Numbered from the stretch's first letter, positions 1 to 7,752 are shown. The stretch is 14,898 bases of DNA from an uncultured bacterium (GCA_963977445.1 CAXBPH010000174.1:1-14898), one strand, 5' to 3'. Numbers and translations: made by a program. Notes: a model not told the origin generated them from the letters alone.

Positions 1-11
1 GTGGACTTAAC

Positions 12-28
12 AGCCCCTTTCAGGGGCT
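12..28. repeat. REP-like GC-rich hairpin
   Basis: AGCCCCT-TTC-AGGGGCT is a perfect 7-bp stem with a 3-nt loop, followed by TTCC. Confidence 0.35.
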
Positions 29-172
29 TTCCTCATACCCCTGGCTCTGCCGGTGCTTTCTGATTGCAAGCTAATCCACCGGCTCTGACGTGCCTGCGTA
101 TGCCACAGCGAATTTGGGCATCTATCAACGCGTGGGATTCCGAAGGTGCCCCGGCGGCGCACAGGAAATTCG

Positions 173-330
173 CAGCCCGTTGCAAAAGGCGCGCGAAGGC
201 GAGAACGAGAATTCTTGGCCGAAATCAAGGCGCGAGTCCACAGGAAATACCGGTATTTTCAAGGACTCGCAACGCTGAGTTCGGTCAAGAAGGCCGTTCG
301 TAGCCCGCGTTCGAGTTTTGCAACGGGCTG
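173..330. mobile_element. MITE-like non-autonomous element (158 bp) with 15-bp perfect terminal inverted repeats and 4-bp target-site duplication
   Basis: CAGCCCGTTGCAAAA (173-187) is the exact reverse complement of TTTTGCAACGGGCTG (316-330). TTCG flanks both sides (169-172, 331-334). The interior has nested inverted repeats (212-223/280-291, 232-239/263-270) and a central palindrome AAATACCGGTATTT (245-258). No transposase is encoded. Confidence 0.75.
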
Positions 331-600
331 TTCGCCCAGACAAATAGGTAGCGGTCTCCAGCTGTTCACGTGGGCGTTTGCCCTGGAGTTGGTACCCGGA
401 GATACGAACGCGGACCCCGCTGTCCTGTTGTTGACCACCGGTCTATCAGTTCTCTGGCCCGTCATTTATCCTTGAATACCCCGATTCAATAAAGTGCGAA
501 ATACACTTAATCATAGTGCCTCTTGGAGGAAGTCCAGGGCATAAATCTGCTGCAACCAGACATTGTTATACGTATTTCCGTAATCGGGATCTGAAGACCA

Positions 601-629
601 TTGACAAATCGCGAAAAATTTAAAATAAT
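601..629 (+). promoter_or_regulatory. sigma70-type promoter for the DUF1559 gene
   Basis: TTGACA (601-606), 17-nt spacer, AATAAT (624-629), in an AT-rich intergenic stretch. Confidence 0.65.
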
Positions 630-822
630 AGGAGAGTAGAATTCATTCTAAACAAGTCAACACAAGCGCGTTCGTATCAGGTAGAAAGGAGATTCAGGAG
701 TTGTTTGCGCCATCGATTGCGTAGACTACAACCCTATGAGAACGCGTTGAGTCCAATCGGTCATACGTTTCATTCATAACTGTTTTTTTGGTCAATGACA
801 TCATACACGAGGGAATACAATC

Positions 823-1854
823 ATGAAGAGAAAAGGATTTACACTGATAGAGTTGCTGGTGGTTATCGCAATCATCGGTATTTTAGCCGCAATCTTGCTA
901 CCTGCACTGGCCCGGGCTCGTGAAGCCGCACGCCGCGCACAGTGCCAGAATAACCTGAAGCAAATGGGTATTGTCTTTAAAATGTACGCGAACGAGTCGA
1001 AAGGCGAAAAATTTCCGATTAGTGAATTCGGCGGGCCGGTGGGATACAACTGCGAAGCCGGTAACAACGCTACGGTCCTGGCGACCATTACGGGCGGTCC
1101 GGGCAATGGTTCCGCCTTCGCGCCCAATATCAATGCCATCTACCCCGAGTATCTGACCGATATCCAGGTGCTGAGTTGTCCTTCCGAGGATGACCCGCCT
1201 GCGTTCCAAAACCCATCCACAGGGGAGAACATGGGGCACATCTGGTGTGATCAGAATAGCTTAGGTACCGCGCAAGCGGATGAGAGCTACGCGTATACCG
1301 GTTTCATGTTTAACCGGTATCTGGACAATGCGTCGCTTCAGGTTCCTGCATCCGCGGTTGCCGGTGCGACCGGATGGACGGACCTCAACGACCTCATCGC
1401 CGCTGGGTTTATCAACGGTACAGAGATGTTCTCTTTGGATCTCTTCGGTGCTTTTGCTGGCGTCTTAAGCCTTCAGGCGCCCATCACAACTGCCCTTGTT
1501 GCATCCGGGTTGAATCCTGCCACACAAACGGAAGAAGCCTATCAGGTCATGTTTAATGCCGCTGATGGCTTGGATAGTGTTAAGAATGCGGTCACGAACG
1601 AGACCGTTTATCGTTTTCGGGAAGGTATTGAACGCTTCCTGATTACCGATATTAATAACGCGGCTGCTAGCGCCGAGGCCCAAAGTACAATTTTTGTTTT
1701 GTATGACATTGCTGGTGCCAAGCCCGATCTTTTTAACCACGTTCCCGGTGGTTCCAACGTTCTGTACCTGGACGGACATGTGCAGTTCATCAAGTACAAA
1801 GAAGGCATCCCCGTCGACTTGTCGATGGCTCTGCTGGTTGGTGCGGCAGGCTGA
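823..1854 (+). CDS. DUF1559 family prepilin-type N-terminal cleavage/methylation protein with C-terminal H-X9-DG-type motif
   Basis: Class III signal [29 protein letters not shown], then ARE..RR..CQNNLKQ and C-terminal [26 protein letters not shown] lies upstream. Confidence 0.93.
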   Translation: MKRKGFTLIELLVVIAIIGILAAILLPALARAREAARRAQCQNNLKQMGIVFKMYANESKGEKFPISEFGGPVGYNCEAGNNATVLATITGGPGNGSAFAPNINAIYPEYLTDIQVLSCPSEDDPPAFQNPSTGENMGHIWCDQNSLGTAQADESYAYTGFMFNRYLDNASLQVPASAVAGATGWTDLNDLIAAGFINGTEMFSLDLFGAFAGVLSLQAPITTALVASGLNPATQTEEAYQVMFNAADGLDSVKNAVTNETVYRFREGIERFLITDINNAAASAEAQSTIFVLYDIAGAKPDLFNHVPGGSNVLYLDGHVQFIKYKEGIPVDLSMALLVGAAG

Positions 1855-1890
1855 ACCAACACGGTTAACGGACAAATAACAACTTACAGT

Positions 1891-1938
1891 GCGGCTCCCG
1901 GCATTCACTTTGTGCCGGGAGCCGCTTTTCTATTTTCT
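1891..1938 (+). terminator. Rho-independent terminator
   Basis: 13-bp perfect stem GCGGCTCCCGGCA (1891-1903)/TGCCGGGAGCCGC (1913-1925) followed by TTTTCTATTTTCT. Confidence 0.88.
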
Positions 1939-2312
1939 TACACCCCACACGGTACTCGCTCGTTGGCATTTCCGAAAACCACACGAAGTCCTGCAAGAGG
2001 CCATTATCTTGCGCGACACCACCTTCGCCAACGACATGACCGTCACGCACTCAACGTTGAAATTGTGGGTGAGGCCCGTGGCCAGTTCGCCATCGAAACT
2101 GAAACTGGAGGTCGCGTGATAGTTGGTGTCCACGTGTCTATGGAGGGCACTTGACTCCCCGGAGAATGCCGGTGATACTGACGCTACGGGCAGGTCGCGC
2201 TTGTGTGCAGCCGCCCGTTGTGTTGTTGGACCGGCGATTAGAGTCCAATCCCACATTCCTATGTATGCCCAAAGCGGAACGTTCTCGTATATTCTAAGGG
2301 AGAGGCAACGAG

Positions 2313-2924
2313 GTGCTGGATAAAACCGTACAACTTGCAACGAAGTACAAGAGCTATCTTGTCGCCGCGGTTCTCGGTATTTCGATAGTTTTCGTCACTC
2401 CGTTGATACTCATCAATCAGTATTATTCGGAGAAAAACCTGTTCATGATGAACATACCCTTTGCCATCAGTGAATCTGATGGGTGTTCATCAATGAAGAT
2501 CGATTATGTGTTGCCGAAAGGCGTCTACAAATGTTTTCTACTTGTTGGGACCAATAATCCCGGCCCGATAGATTTGGAAGCGAACGAACTTTTGGTCCGC
2601 TGCAGTTTTTATGCGTCGGGATACAAAGTGGACGAAGAGGAAACGACAATACCGTTTAGTTCATCCTTGGTGGAACGATATCAGCAGGAACATGAGGACA
2701 ATCGTCGGATGTTTCTTGATACGGGTGAGCGGGTGCTTCCCCATCCGTGGGCCTATATGGAAAATGAAGTTGATGGCAATATGAAGTTCGCAATCGGATG
2801 GCTTTATCTTGATTCAGACGGTAGCCTCGGACAGATAGGGGTAAACTTGTGTGGCCTTGGCGGTATCGAGGCGAATAGCTTAAGCTATTCTTTCCGTATT
2901 GAGAAATTTATTGACGCGGTATAG
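2313..2924 (+). CDS. Hypothetical protein with one N-terminal transmembrane/signal-anchor helix
   Basis: 203-aa ORF with a GTG start after AGGGAGAGG. The hydrophobic stretch YLVAAVLGISIVFVTPLILI is preceded by lysines. No recognisable family motif. Confidence 0.6.
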   Translation: MLDKTVQLATKYKSYLVAAVLGISIVFVTPLILINQYYSEKNLFMMNIPFAISESDGCSSMKIDYVLPKGVYKCFLLVGTNNPGPIDLEANELLVRCSFYASGYKVDEEETTIPFSSSLVERYQQEHEDNRRMFLDTGERVLPHPWAYMENEVDGNMKFAIGWLYLDSDGSLGQIGVNLCGLGGIEANSLSYSFRIEKFIDAV

Positions 2925-2983
2925 AACCTGCCTTGCTGGGGAATGGCCGTGTCCTTTGCAACTGATTTTCCGGGAGCAACCTA

Positions 2984-4090
2984 TTGGATTATCGAAATCT
3001 TGAAGCGGCCATGAATGTGGCCGGTGTCGGTATCGCCCAACTTGGACCTGATGGGGTGCTTCAGGAAGTGAATGGCTCCCTGTGTGTGTTGCTTGGTTAT
3101 GAAGCCAGCGACCTGTTGGGCCGAAACATTCAGGATTTCATCCATCCCGAGGGCCTCGGAGAAAACGGGGCTGCGAAGGAGCCGTTACCGGAAGACCTGT
3201 CTGCCGGGGAGGGGGCCCTGAAATGTTACGTGCGCCAGGATGGACAGCTGGTCTGGGCGCGGGTGAGTGAAGGGCCATCGCAAACGGAGGAGGGGCAACC
3301 GGCGTCGAGCGTGGTCGTGTTTCAGGACATGAGCGAGACCAAGGCGGTGGAGGACAGGTGCGAGGCCCTGCGTGTGGCGTTGGAGCGCAGCAATCGGGAC
3401 TTGAAGAACTTTGCCTATGTAGCATCGCACGATTTGCAGGAACCACTCCGGATGGTCGTGAGTTACATGAAATTACTGGAGCAGCACCACCGAGGGAGTC
3501 TCGGTGCAGAGGCGGAACGGTGGATCGCCTACGCGGCGGATGGCGCGCTACGGATGAAGAGCCAGATCAACGACTTGCTGGCGTATTCGCGGATCGAGAC
3601 GGACGGCGAGTCGCCCGATGCGGTGCCTTCGGAGGCTGCGCTCGCCGATGCCCTGGATGAACTAGACGATTTGGTGCTTCTGACGTCGGCAGAAATCACC
3701 CATGACGCTCTGCCCGTCGTTTTAGCGGACCCTGCCCAGTTGGCGCAGGTGTTTCAGATTCTCATCGGCAATGCGATCAAGTTTCGTGGTTCCACGCGTC
3801 CCAGAATACACATCGATGCGGAGCGGAAGGGGGCTATCTGGCAATTTTCTGTGAGCGATAACGGCATCGGAGTAGACGAGCGCCATTTCGAGCGCGTATT
3901 TAAGGTTTTCCAGCGCCTCCATACGGCAGAAGAGTACGCTGGGAACGGCATTGGCCTGGCGATATTTCGAAAGATTATCGAGCGGCACGGCGGGCGCGCT
4001 TGGTTGGAATCCAATCCTGATGGGGGCTCTTTATTCCACTTCACCCTGTCGGAGCCGGTTACGGCATCCTCCAGTCGGTCGCTCCGTTGA
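2984..4090 (+). CDS. Cytoplasmic PAS-domain sensor histidine kinase (Cph1/phytochrome-type HisKA + HATPase_c, no photosensory module)
   Basis: PAS (GIAQLGPDG..VN..LC.LLGY...L.G...HPE), H-box FAYVASHDLQEPLRMV, N-box LIGNAIKF, G1 DNGIGVD, F-box FKVFQRLH, G2 GNGIGLAI. TTG start after GGGAG; ATG 3011 is an alternative. Confidence 0.93.
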   Translation: MDYRNLEAAMNVAGVGIAQLGPDGVLQEVNGSLCVLLGYEASDLLGRNIQDFIHPEGLGENGAAKEPLPEDLSAGEGALKCYVRQDGQLVWARVSEGPSQTEEGQPASSVVVFQDMSETKAVEDRCEALRVALERSNRDLKNFAYVASHDLQEPLRMVVSYMKLLEQHHRGSLGAEAERWIAYAADGALRMKSQINDLLAYSRIETDGESPDAVPSEAALADALDELDDLVLLTSAEITHDALPVVLADPAQLAQVFQILIGNAIKFRGSTRPRIHIDAERKGAIWQFSVSDNGIGVDERHFERVFKVFQRLHTAEEYAGNGIGLAIFRKIIERHGGRAWLESNPDGGSLFHFTLSEPVTASSSRSLR

Positions 4091-4355
4091 GGGAATTAGA
4101 TGGTCGTGGTGAGCGTTGATAAGGGAGACGCTACTATTGCGAAGTCGATAGCTCATTTTACCTATTGTAAATATTATTATAAGGGGTTGTCGTGTCCTCG
4201 AGTCCTTCTACAAGGGTGCCAACATAGGTTTGATCGCAAGTTTCCCAGAGCTCTGCCCATTAAACCCATCATTTCAATCCAGAAATTCCAGTTTATGGTC
4301 ATGGACATACCCCAAACTATTTGATAGACTCTTTACGGTGGAGTGGCTATCGAAA

Positions 4356-5222
4356 ATGGCGTCAAGTCAATTCAAAATATTACTGGTCGAAGATAATTTC
4401 GGCTACACGGAACTAATCCGGCGTATGCTCAAACGGGTTTGCGGTGAGGAATCGCTTGTTGTTGTGACCCGGCTTTCTGATGCGCGTGCTCAACTCAAAG
4501 TGAGTGACTTCGACCTGATTATCCTCGATCTCTCCCTGCCAGACAGTGCGGGCTTAGATACATTGGCCGGTATTCGAGACGAAGCTCCGTCTGTTCCGGT
4601 GGTGGTTACGACCGGAGGGGAAGACGATCTGATGGCCCTGAAGGCGGTCCAAATGGGTGCGCAGGACTACCTCTCGAAGGGAAATTTGACGAGCCACACG
4701 TTGATTCGCTCGGTCCGGTATGCGCTGGAGCGACAGCGACGTTTGCTGGAACTGGACAAGTCCCGGCAAAAGGAACTCAATGACCGTGAGCTGGAAGCCA
4801 TTGAGCGAATCCAGCGTGGCTCGGAGACTGGTGTCACCTCTCAGCCTCACGGACGGGCTTCACTGCGCGATGTGGCCCCCGATGAATTTGAACGTCTTGT
4901 TACACTTTACGGAACAATACTCGAGCATGCACTTGAAGTGAGGGGGTATCGGGCAGAGGCGAATTCCACCGGGGAACTTCGAATGATGTCTGACCGACTA
5001 GCCTTTCTGAAATCAGGTCCCCGTGATGTCATTGAGATTCATACAGCAAGCTTAAAAGAAAAGCTCGAATCTGTGGCACCACAAAAGGCCGGTGTATACG
5101 TCGACGAAGGGCGCTTTTTACTCCTTATGCTGATGGGGGAACTAGTGTCCACGTATCGGACTCAATCGTTGGGAACCAGGGGGATTTCCGATGCAACGGC
5201 TGAGCCTTCCCAAGGAGATTGA
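4356..5222 (+). CDS. kaiA3: REC domain + KaiA-like C-terminal domain protein (KaiA3-type response regulator)
   Basis: Likely start ATG 4356 (MASSQFKILLVEDN) downstream of GGAG. The receiver is intact (ED, DLSLPD, TTG, K). The C-terminus PRDVIEIH..x23..RFLLLMLMGELVSTYRTQS aligns by eye to KaiA IVEIH..RLTLIDILAHLCEMYRRS. It lies directly upstream of kaiB. Confidence 0.72.
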   Translation: MASSQFKILLVEDNFGYTELIRRMLKRVCGEESLVVVTRLSDARAQLKVSDFDLIILDLSLPDSAGLDTLAGIRDEAPSVPVVVTTGGEDDLMALKAVQMGAQDYLSKGNLTSHTLIRSVRYALERQRRLLELDKSRQKELNDRELEAIERIQRGSETGVTSQPHGRASLRDVAPDEFERLVTLYGTILEHALEVRGYRAEANSTGELRMMSDRLAFLKSGPRDVIEIHTASLKEKLESVAPQKAGVYVDEGRFLLLMLMGELVSTYRTQSLGTRGISDATAEPSQGD

Positions 5223-5226
5223 TGCT

Positions 5227-5541
5227 GTGTCAGAGAATGAGAAGCTCCAACTAAGGCTGTATGTGACCGGGCAGACACCCCGATCAGTACGTGCGATTAC
5301 CAATATCAACCGTCTATATGAGAGCAAACTACAGAAAAGTTTCGAGTTGGTCGTGATTGATGTGCTGGAAAACCCCCAACTGGCCGAAGACGAGAAAGTC
5401 GTCGCGACACCCACATTGATTAAAGAGCTGCCCCTACCCTTACGCCGTATTATTGGTGATTTTTCCGACGCAAAAAAAGTACTGCTTGGACTCGACCTTC
5501 TGCATTTAAATAATGAAAATGAAATAGAGCGACTATCATGA
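5227..5541 (+). CDS. kaiB: Circadian clock protein KaiB family
   Basis: LRLYVTGQTPRSVRAI..IDVLENPQLAEDEKVVATPTLIKELPLPLRRIIGDFSDAKKVLLGLDL is a canonical KaiB signature. GTG 5227 follows AAGGAG (5212-5217) and is preferred over the track's ATG 5191. Confidence 0.95.
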   Translation: MSENEKLQLRLYVTGQTPRSVRAITNINRLYESKLQKSFELVVIDVLENPQLAEDEKVVATPTLIKELPLPLRRIIGDFSDAKKVLLGLDLLHLNNENEIERLS

Positions 5542-5771
5542 AAACGGATACAACCGAGCGCCCCAAGACGGTTTATGCTGCCCAATGTCTGTTGTTGGTC
5601 TTCAAGGAAAGCCGCGACCAGTTAATCCGCAAGACTTTTGCCTGGGGGATGGTCCTCGCCATGACATTCCGAAATATCACGGGAATTTTAGTCGGAAACC
5701 TGATTCACGGGGAACCTATCGAGCTTGAACGGGGCCGCAGACTTCTTCAAGGCGAAACGATTAATGGATAG
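5538..5771 (+). pseudogene. kaiC: Internally deleted kaiC remnant preserved as an open 77-aa ORF ('mini-KaiC'); pseudogene or small functional protein
   Basis: ATGA overlap with the kaiB stop. QCLLLVFKESRDQLIRKTFAWGM resembles KaiC CII RAILFAYEESRAQLLRNAYSWGM. FRNITGILVGNLIH..ELERGRRL resembles the KaiC C-terminal FRNFERIISGSPT..ELSRI tail. No Walker A motif is present. Confidence 0.7.
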
Positions 5772-5823
5772 TCGTTCGAGAGCTCATCGTTGCGTGGCTA
5801 TGCAATTATCATGAAAGGTCCCG

Positions 5824-7752
5824 ATGGGCAGTGATCATCATATAAAGGTTTTACTCGTAGAAGATAATTCCGGCGATGCTGATCTGATAAAAATCATGCT
5901 CGCCGGGGAAAAGTCCTATCGATTTGCCGTAGCGCATGCAGATCGCCTCAGCACGGGACTGGCGCACCTCAAAAACATTGCTACCGATGTGCTCCTTCTG
6001 GATCTTTCCCTGCCCGATAGCGAAGGCAGTGATAGTTTTAGTATGGTGCACGACTGCTTTCCAGATATGCCCACCATCATTCTCACGGGCAATCATGATG
6101 AAACTCTGGCCCCTCAACTGGTTCGAGGTGGTGCGCAAGATTTCCTTGTAAAGAGTGACCTGAACACCGGGGAATTGGTGCGGGCTATTCGCTACGCCAT
6201 CCAACGACAACAGCTAACGCACGAACTGGAAGAGCGAAATAAGGAAATAGAGGCCAGTCGCTCTAGGCTTCATCAGATCATTACCGACAATGCCGATGCT
6301 ATCGTTTTGCTCGACCCCAACGGGGCTATACAATTCTCCAATCCTGCGGCCACACGGCTCCTGGGTCGGCGGTCAGACGATCTGCGGGGTGTTCCCTTCG
6401 GCTACCCGATTGTAGTCGATGGCGTGACAGAGCTCGATATCATTCGCCGAGACGGTCGACAGTGTATTGCGGAAATGCAGGTGGTGTGGACCAATTGGGA
6501 GGGGCACGAAGCCTATCTGGCAACGCTTCGTGATGTAACTGCACGAAAGAACCTGGAGGCCCAACTGCGCCAGACGCAGAAACTGGAGAGTCTCGGGGTC
6601 ATGGCATCCGGTATCGCCCACGACTTCAACAATATCCTCACCGGGATCCTTGGCTACGGCAATCTCGTTTTAGAAGACTTGGAACCCGGCACAACCCAAC
6701 GGGCGAATATGAAGACCTTAATAGAATCTGCGGAGCGGGCTGCCGAACTTTCCAAACTCATGTTGGCCTATACCGGGCAGGGGCTTCGTGCCACACTTTC
6801 TCTGGATATAAACATGCTCATACATGACATGGGCGATATCTTCGCGTCGATAATTCCGAATACGCACGACGTGTTCTATAGCTTGGACGATGAGAGTCCT
6901 TTCGTCGATGGGGACCCGTCACAGTTGCGACAGGTCATCGTAAACTTAATGCTCAACGCCTCGGAAGCGATCGGAGAATCAGACGGTCAAATTGAGATTA
7001 GTACGGGTGAAATAGAATGTACGGCGAGTGATCTCAAGCGTATCGTTTTCGGTGAGCAATTGGAGCCCGGGACCTACGTCTATTTTGAGGTACGCGATTC
7101 CGGATGTGGAATAGATGAAGTAAGCAGAACGAAGCTCTTCGATCCGTTTTTCACGACCAAGTTCACCGGTCGGGGCTTGGGCCTTGCGGCTACGTCTGGA
7201 ATTGTCCGGGCCCACGGCGGCGGCATTTTAGTAAGTAGTGAGCCTGGCAAAGGGGCTACGTTCACGGTCGTATTGTCGCCCTCCGCCAATCCAGTCCCTG
7301 AATCACCCCGACGGATGACCAGGAAAGGCGATTGGCACGGCAGCGGCACGATACTCGTAGTCGACGATGAGCCACCGATTCGTGACACCCTGAAAAGAAC
7401 GTTGGCGCGATTCGGATTTTCGGTTCTGCTCGCCGAAAACGGCGAACAAGGTGTCGATATTTTTCGCGCCCATAGTCATGAGATCGTTGCATCCATCATT
7501 GATATGACGATGCCAGGGCTGGACGGGCAGGAAACACTTTGCCAGATTCGCGAGATCTGTTCCGATGCGCGGGTAATTTTAAGTAGTGGATACAGCGAAG
7601 ACAATTGTGCTGAATACGATGCCGAACTCAAGCCAGATGCCTTTTTGCAAAAACCCTACCGGGCTATGGATTTTATCACTATGTTGCGCGGTGTGTTGGA
7701 AGGGAATGCTTCCACCGAAACGAGGGATACGTCCGACAGGCGGGATGGTTGA
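5824..7752 (+). CDS. Hybrid sensor histidine kinase REC-PAS-HisKA-HATPase_c-REC
   Basis: N-terminal REC (LLVEDN..LLLDLSLPD..LTG..K), PAS (DAIVLLDPNG..FSNPAA..LLG), H-box IAHDFNNIL, NASEA, DSGCGI, FDPFFTTK, GRGLGLA, and C-terminal REC (VVDDE..IDMTMP..SSGYS..QKPY). Confidence 0.95.
   Translation: MGSDHHIKVLLVEDNSGDADLIKIMLAGEKSYRFAVAHADRLSTGLAHLKNIATDVLLLDLSLPDSEGSDSFSMVHDCFPDMPTIILTGNHDETLAPQLVRGGAQDFLVKSDLNTGELVRAIRYAIQRQQLTHELEERNKEIEASRSRLHQIITDNADAIVLLDPNGAIQFSNPAATRLLGRRSDDLRGVPFGYPIVVDGVTELDIIRRDGRQCIAEMQVVWTNWEGHEAYLATLRDVTARKNLEAQLRQTQKLESLGVMASGIAHDFNNILTGILGYGNLVLEDLEPGTTQRANMKTLIESAERAAELSKLMLAYTGQGLRATLSLDINMLIHDMGDIFASIIPNTHDVFYSLDDESPFVDGDPSQLRQVIVNLMLNASEAIGESDGQIEISTGEIECTASDLKRIVFGEQLEPGTYVYFEVRDSGCGIDEVSRTKLFDPFFTTKFTGRGLGLAATSGIVRAHGGGILVSSEPGKGATFTVVLSPSANPVPESPRRMTRKGDWHGSGTILVVDDEPPIRDTLKRTLARFGFSVLLAENGEQGVDIFRAHSHEIVASIIDMTMPGLDGQETLCQIREICSDARVILSSGYSEDNCAEYDAELKPDAFLQKPYRAMDFITMLRGVLEGNASTETRDTSDRRDG

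Noticed and set aside
7..465. Minus-strand gene interrupted by the MITE (ORFs 259..465 and 7..228 join in frame to 98 aa if the element is removed)
   Set aside because: The joined product is Arg/Ser/Pro-rich with no recognisable motif and runs through REP-like DNA, so it is probably spurious. A BLASTp of the rejoined ORF would settle it.
2984..4090. Phytochrome or LOV photoreceptor as light input to the Kai module
   Set aside because: The kinase core is Cph1-like, but there is no GAF/PHY region and no NCRFLQ motif; only one short PAS domain is present.
4100..4324. 74-aa ORF or a defined promoter in the AT-rich gap before kaiA3
   Set aside because: The ORF has no recognisable features. The AT-rich tract at about 4155-4182 is promoter-like, but I could not assign a convincing -35/-10 pair.
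4230..4355. ORF-track N-terminal extension of the KaiA3-like protein (likewise the 5191 start for kaiB)
   Set aside because: The extensions are not domain-like. ATG 4356 and GTG 5227 have RBS-like motifs and coincide with the domain starts.
5824..7752. SasA or CikA ortholog
   Set aside because: There is no N-terminal KaiB-like or GAF domain, and both receivers keep the phosphoacceptor Asp.
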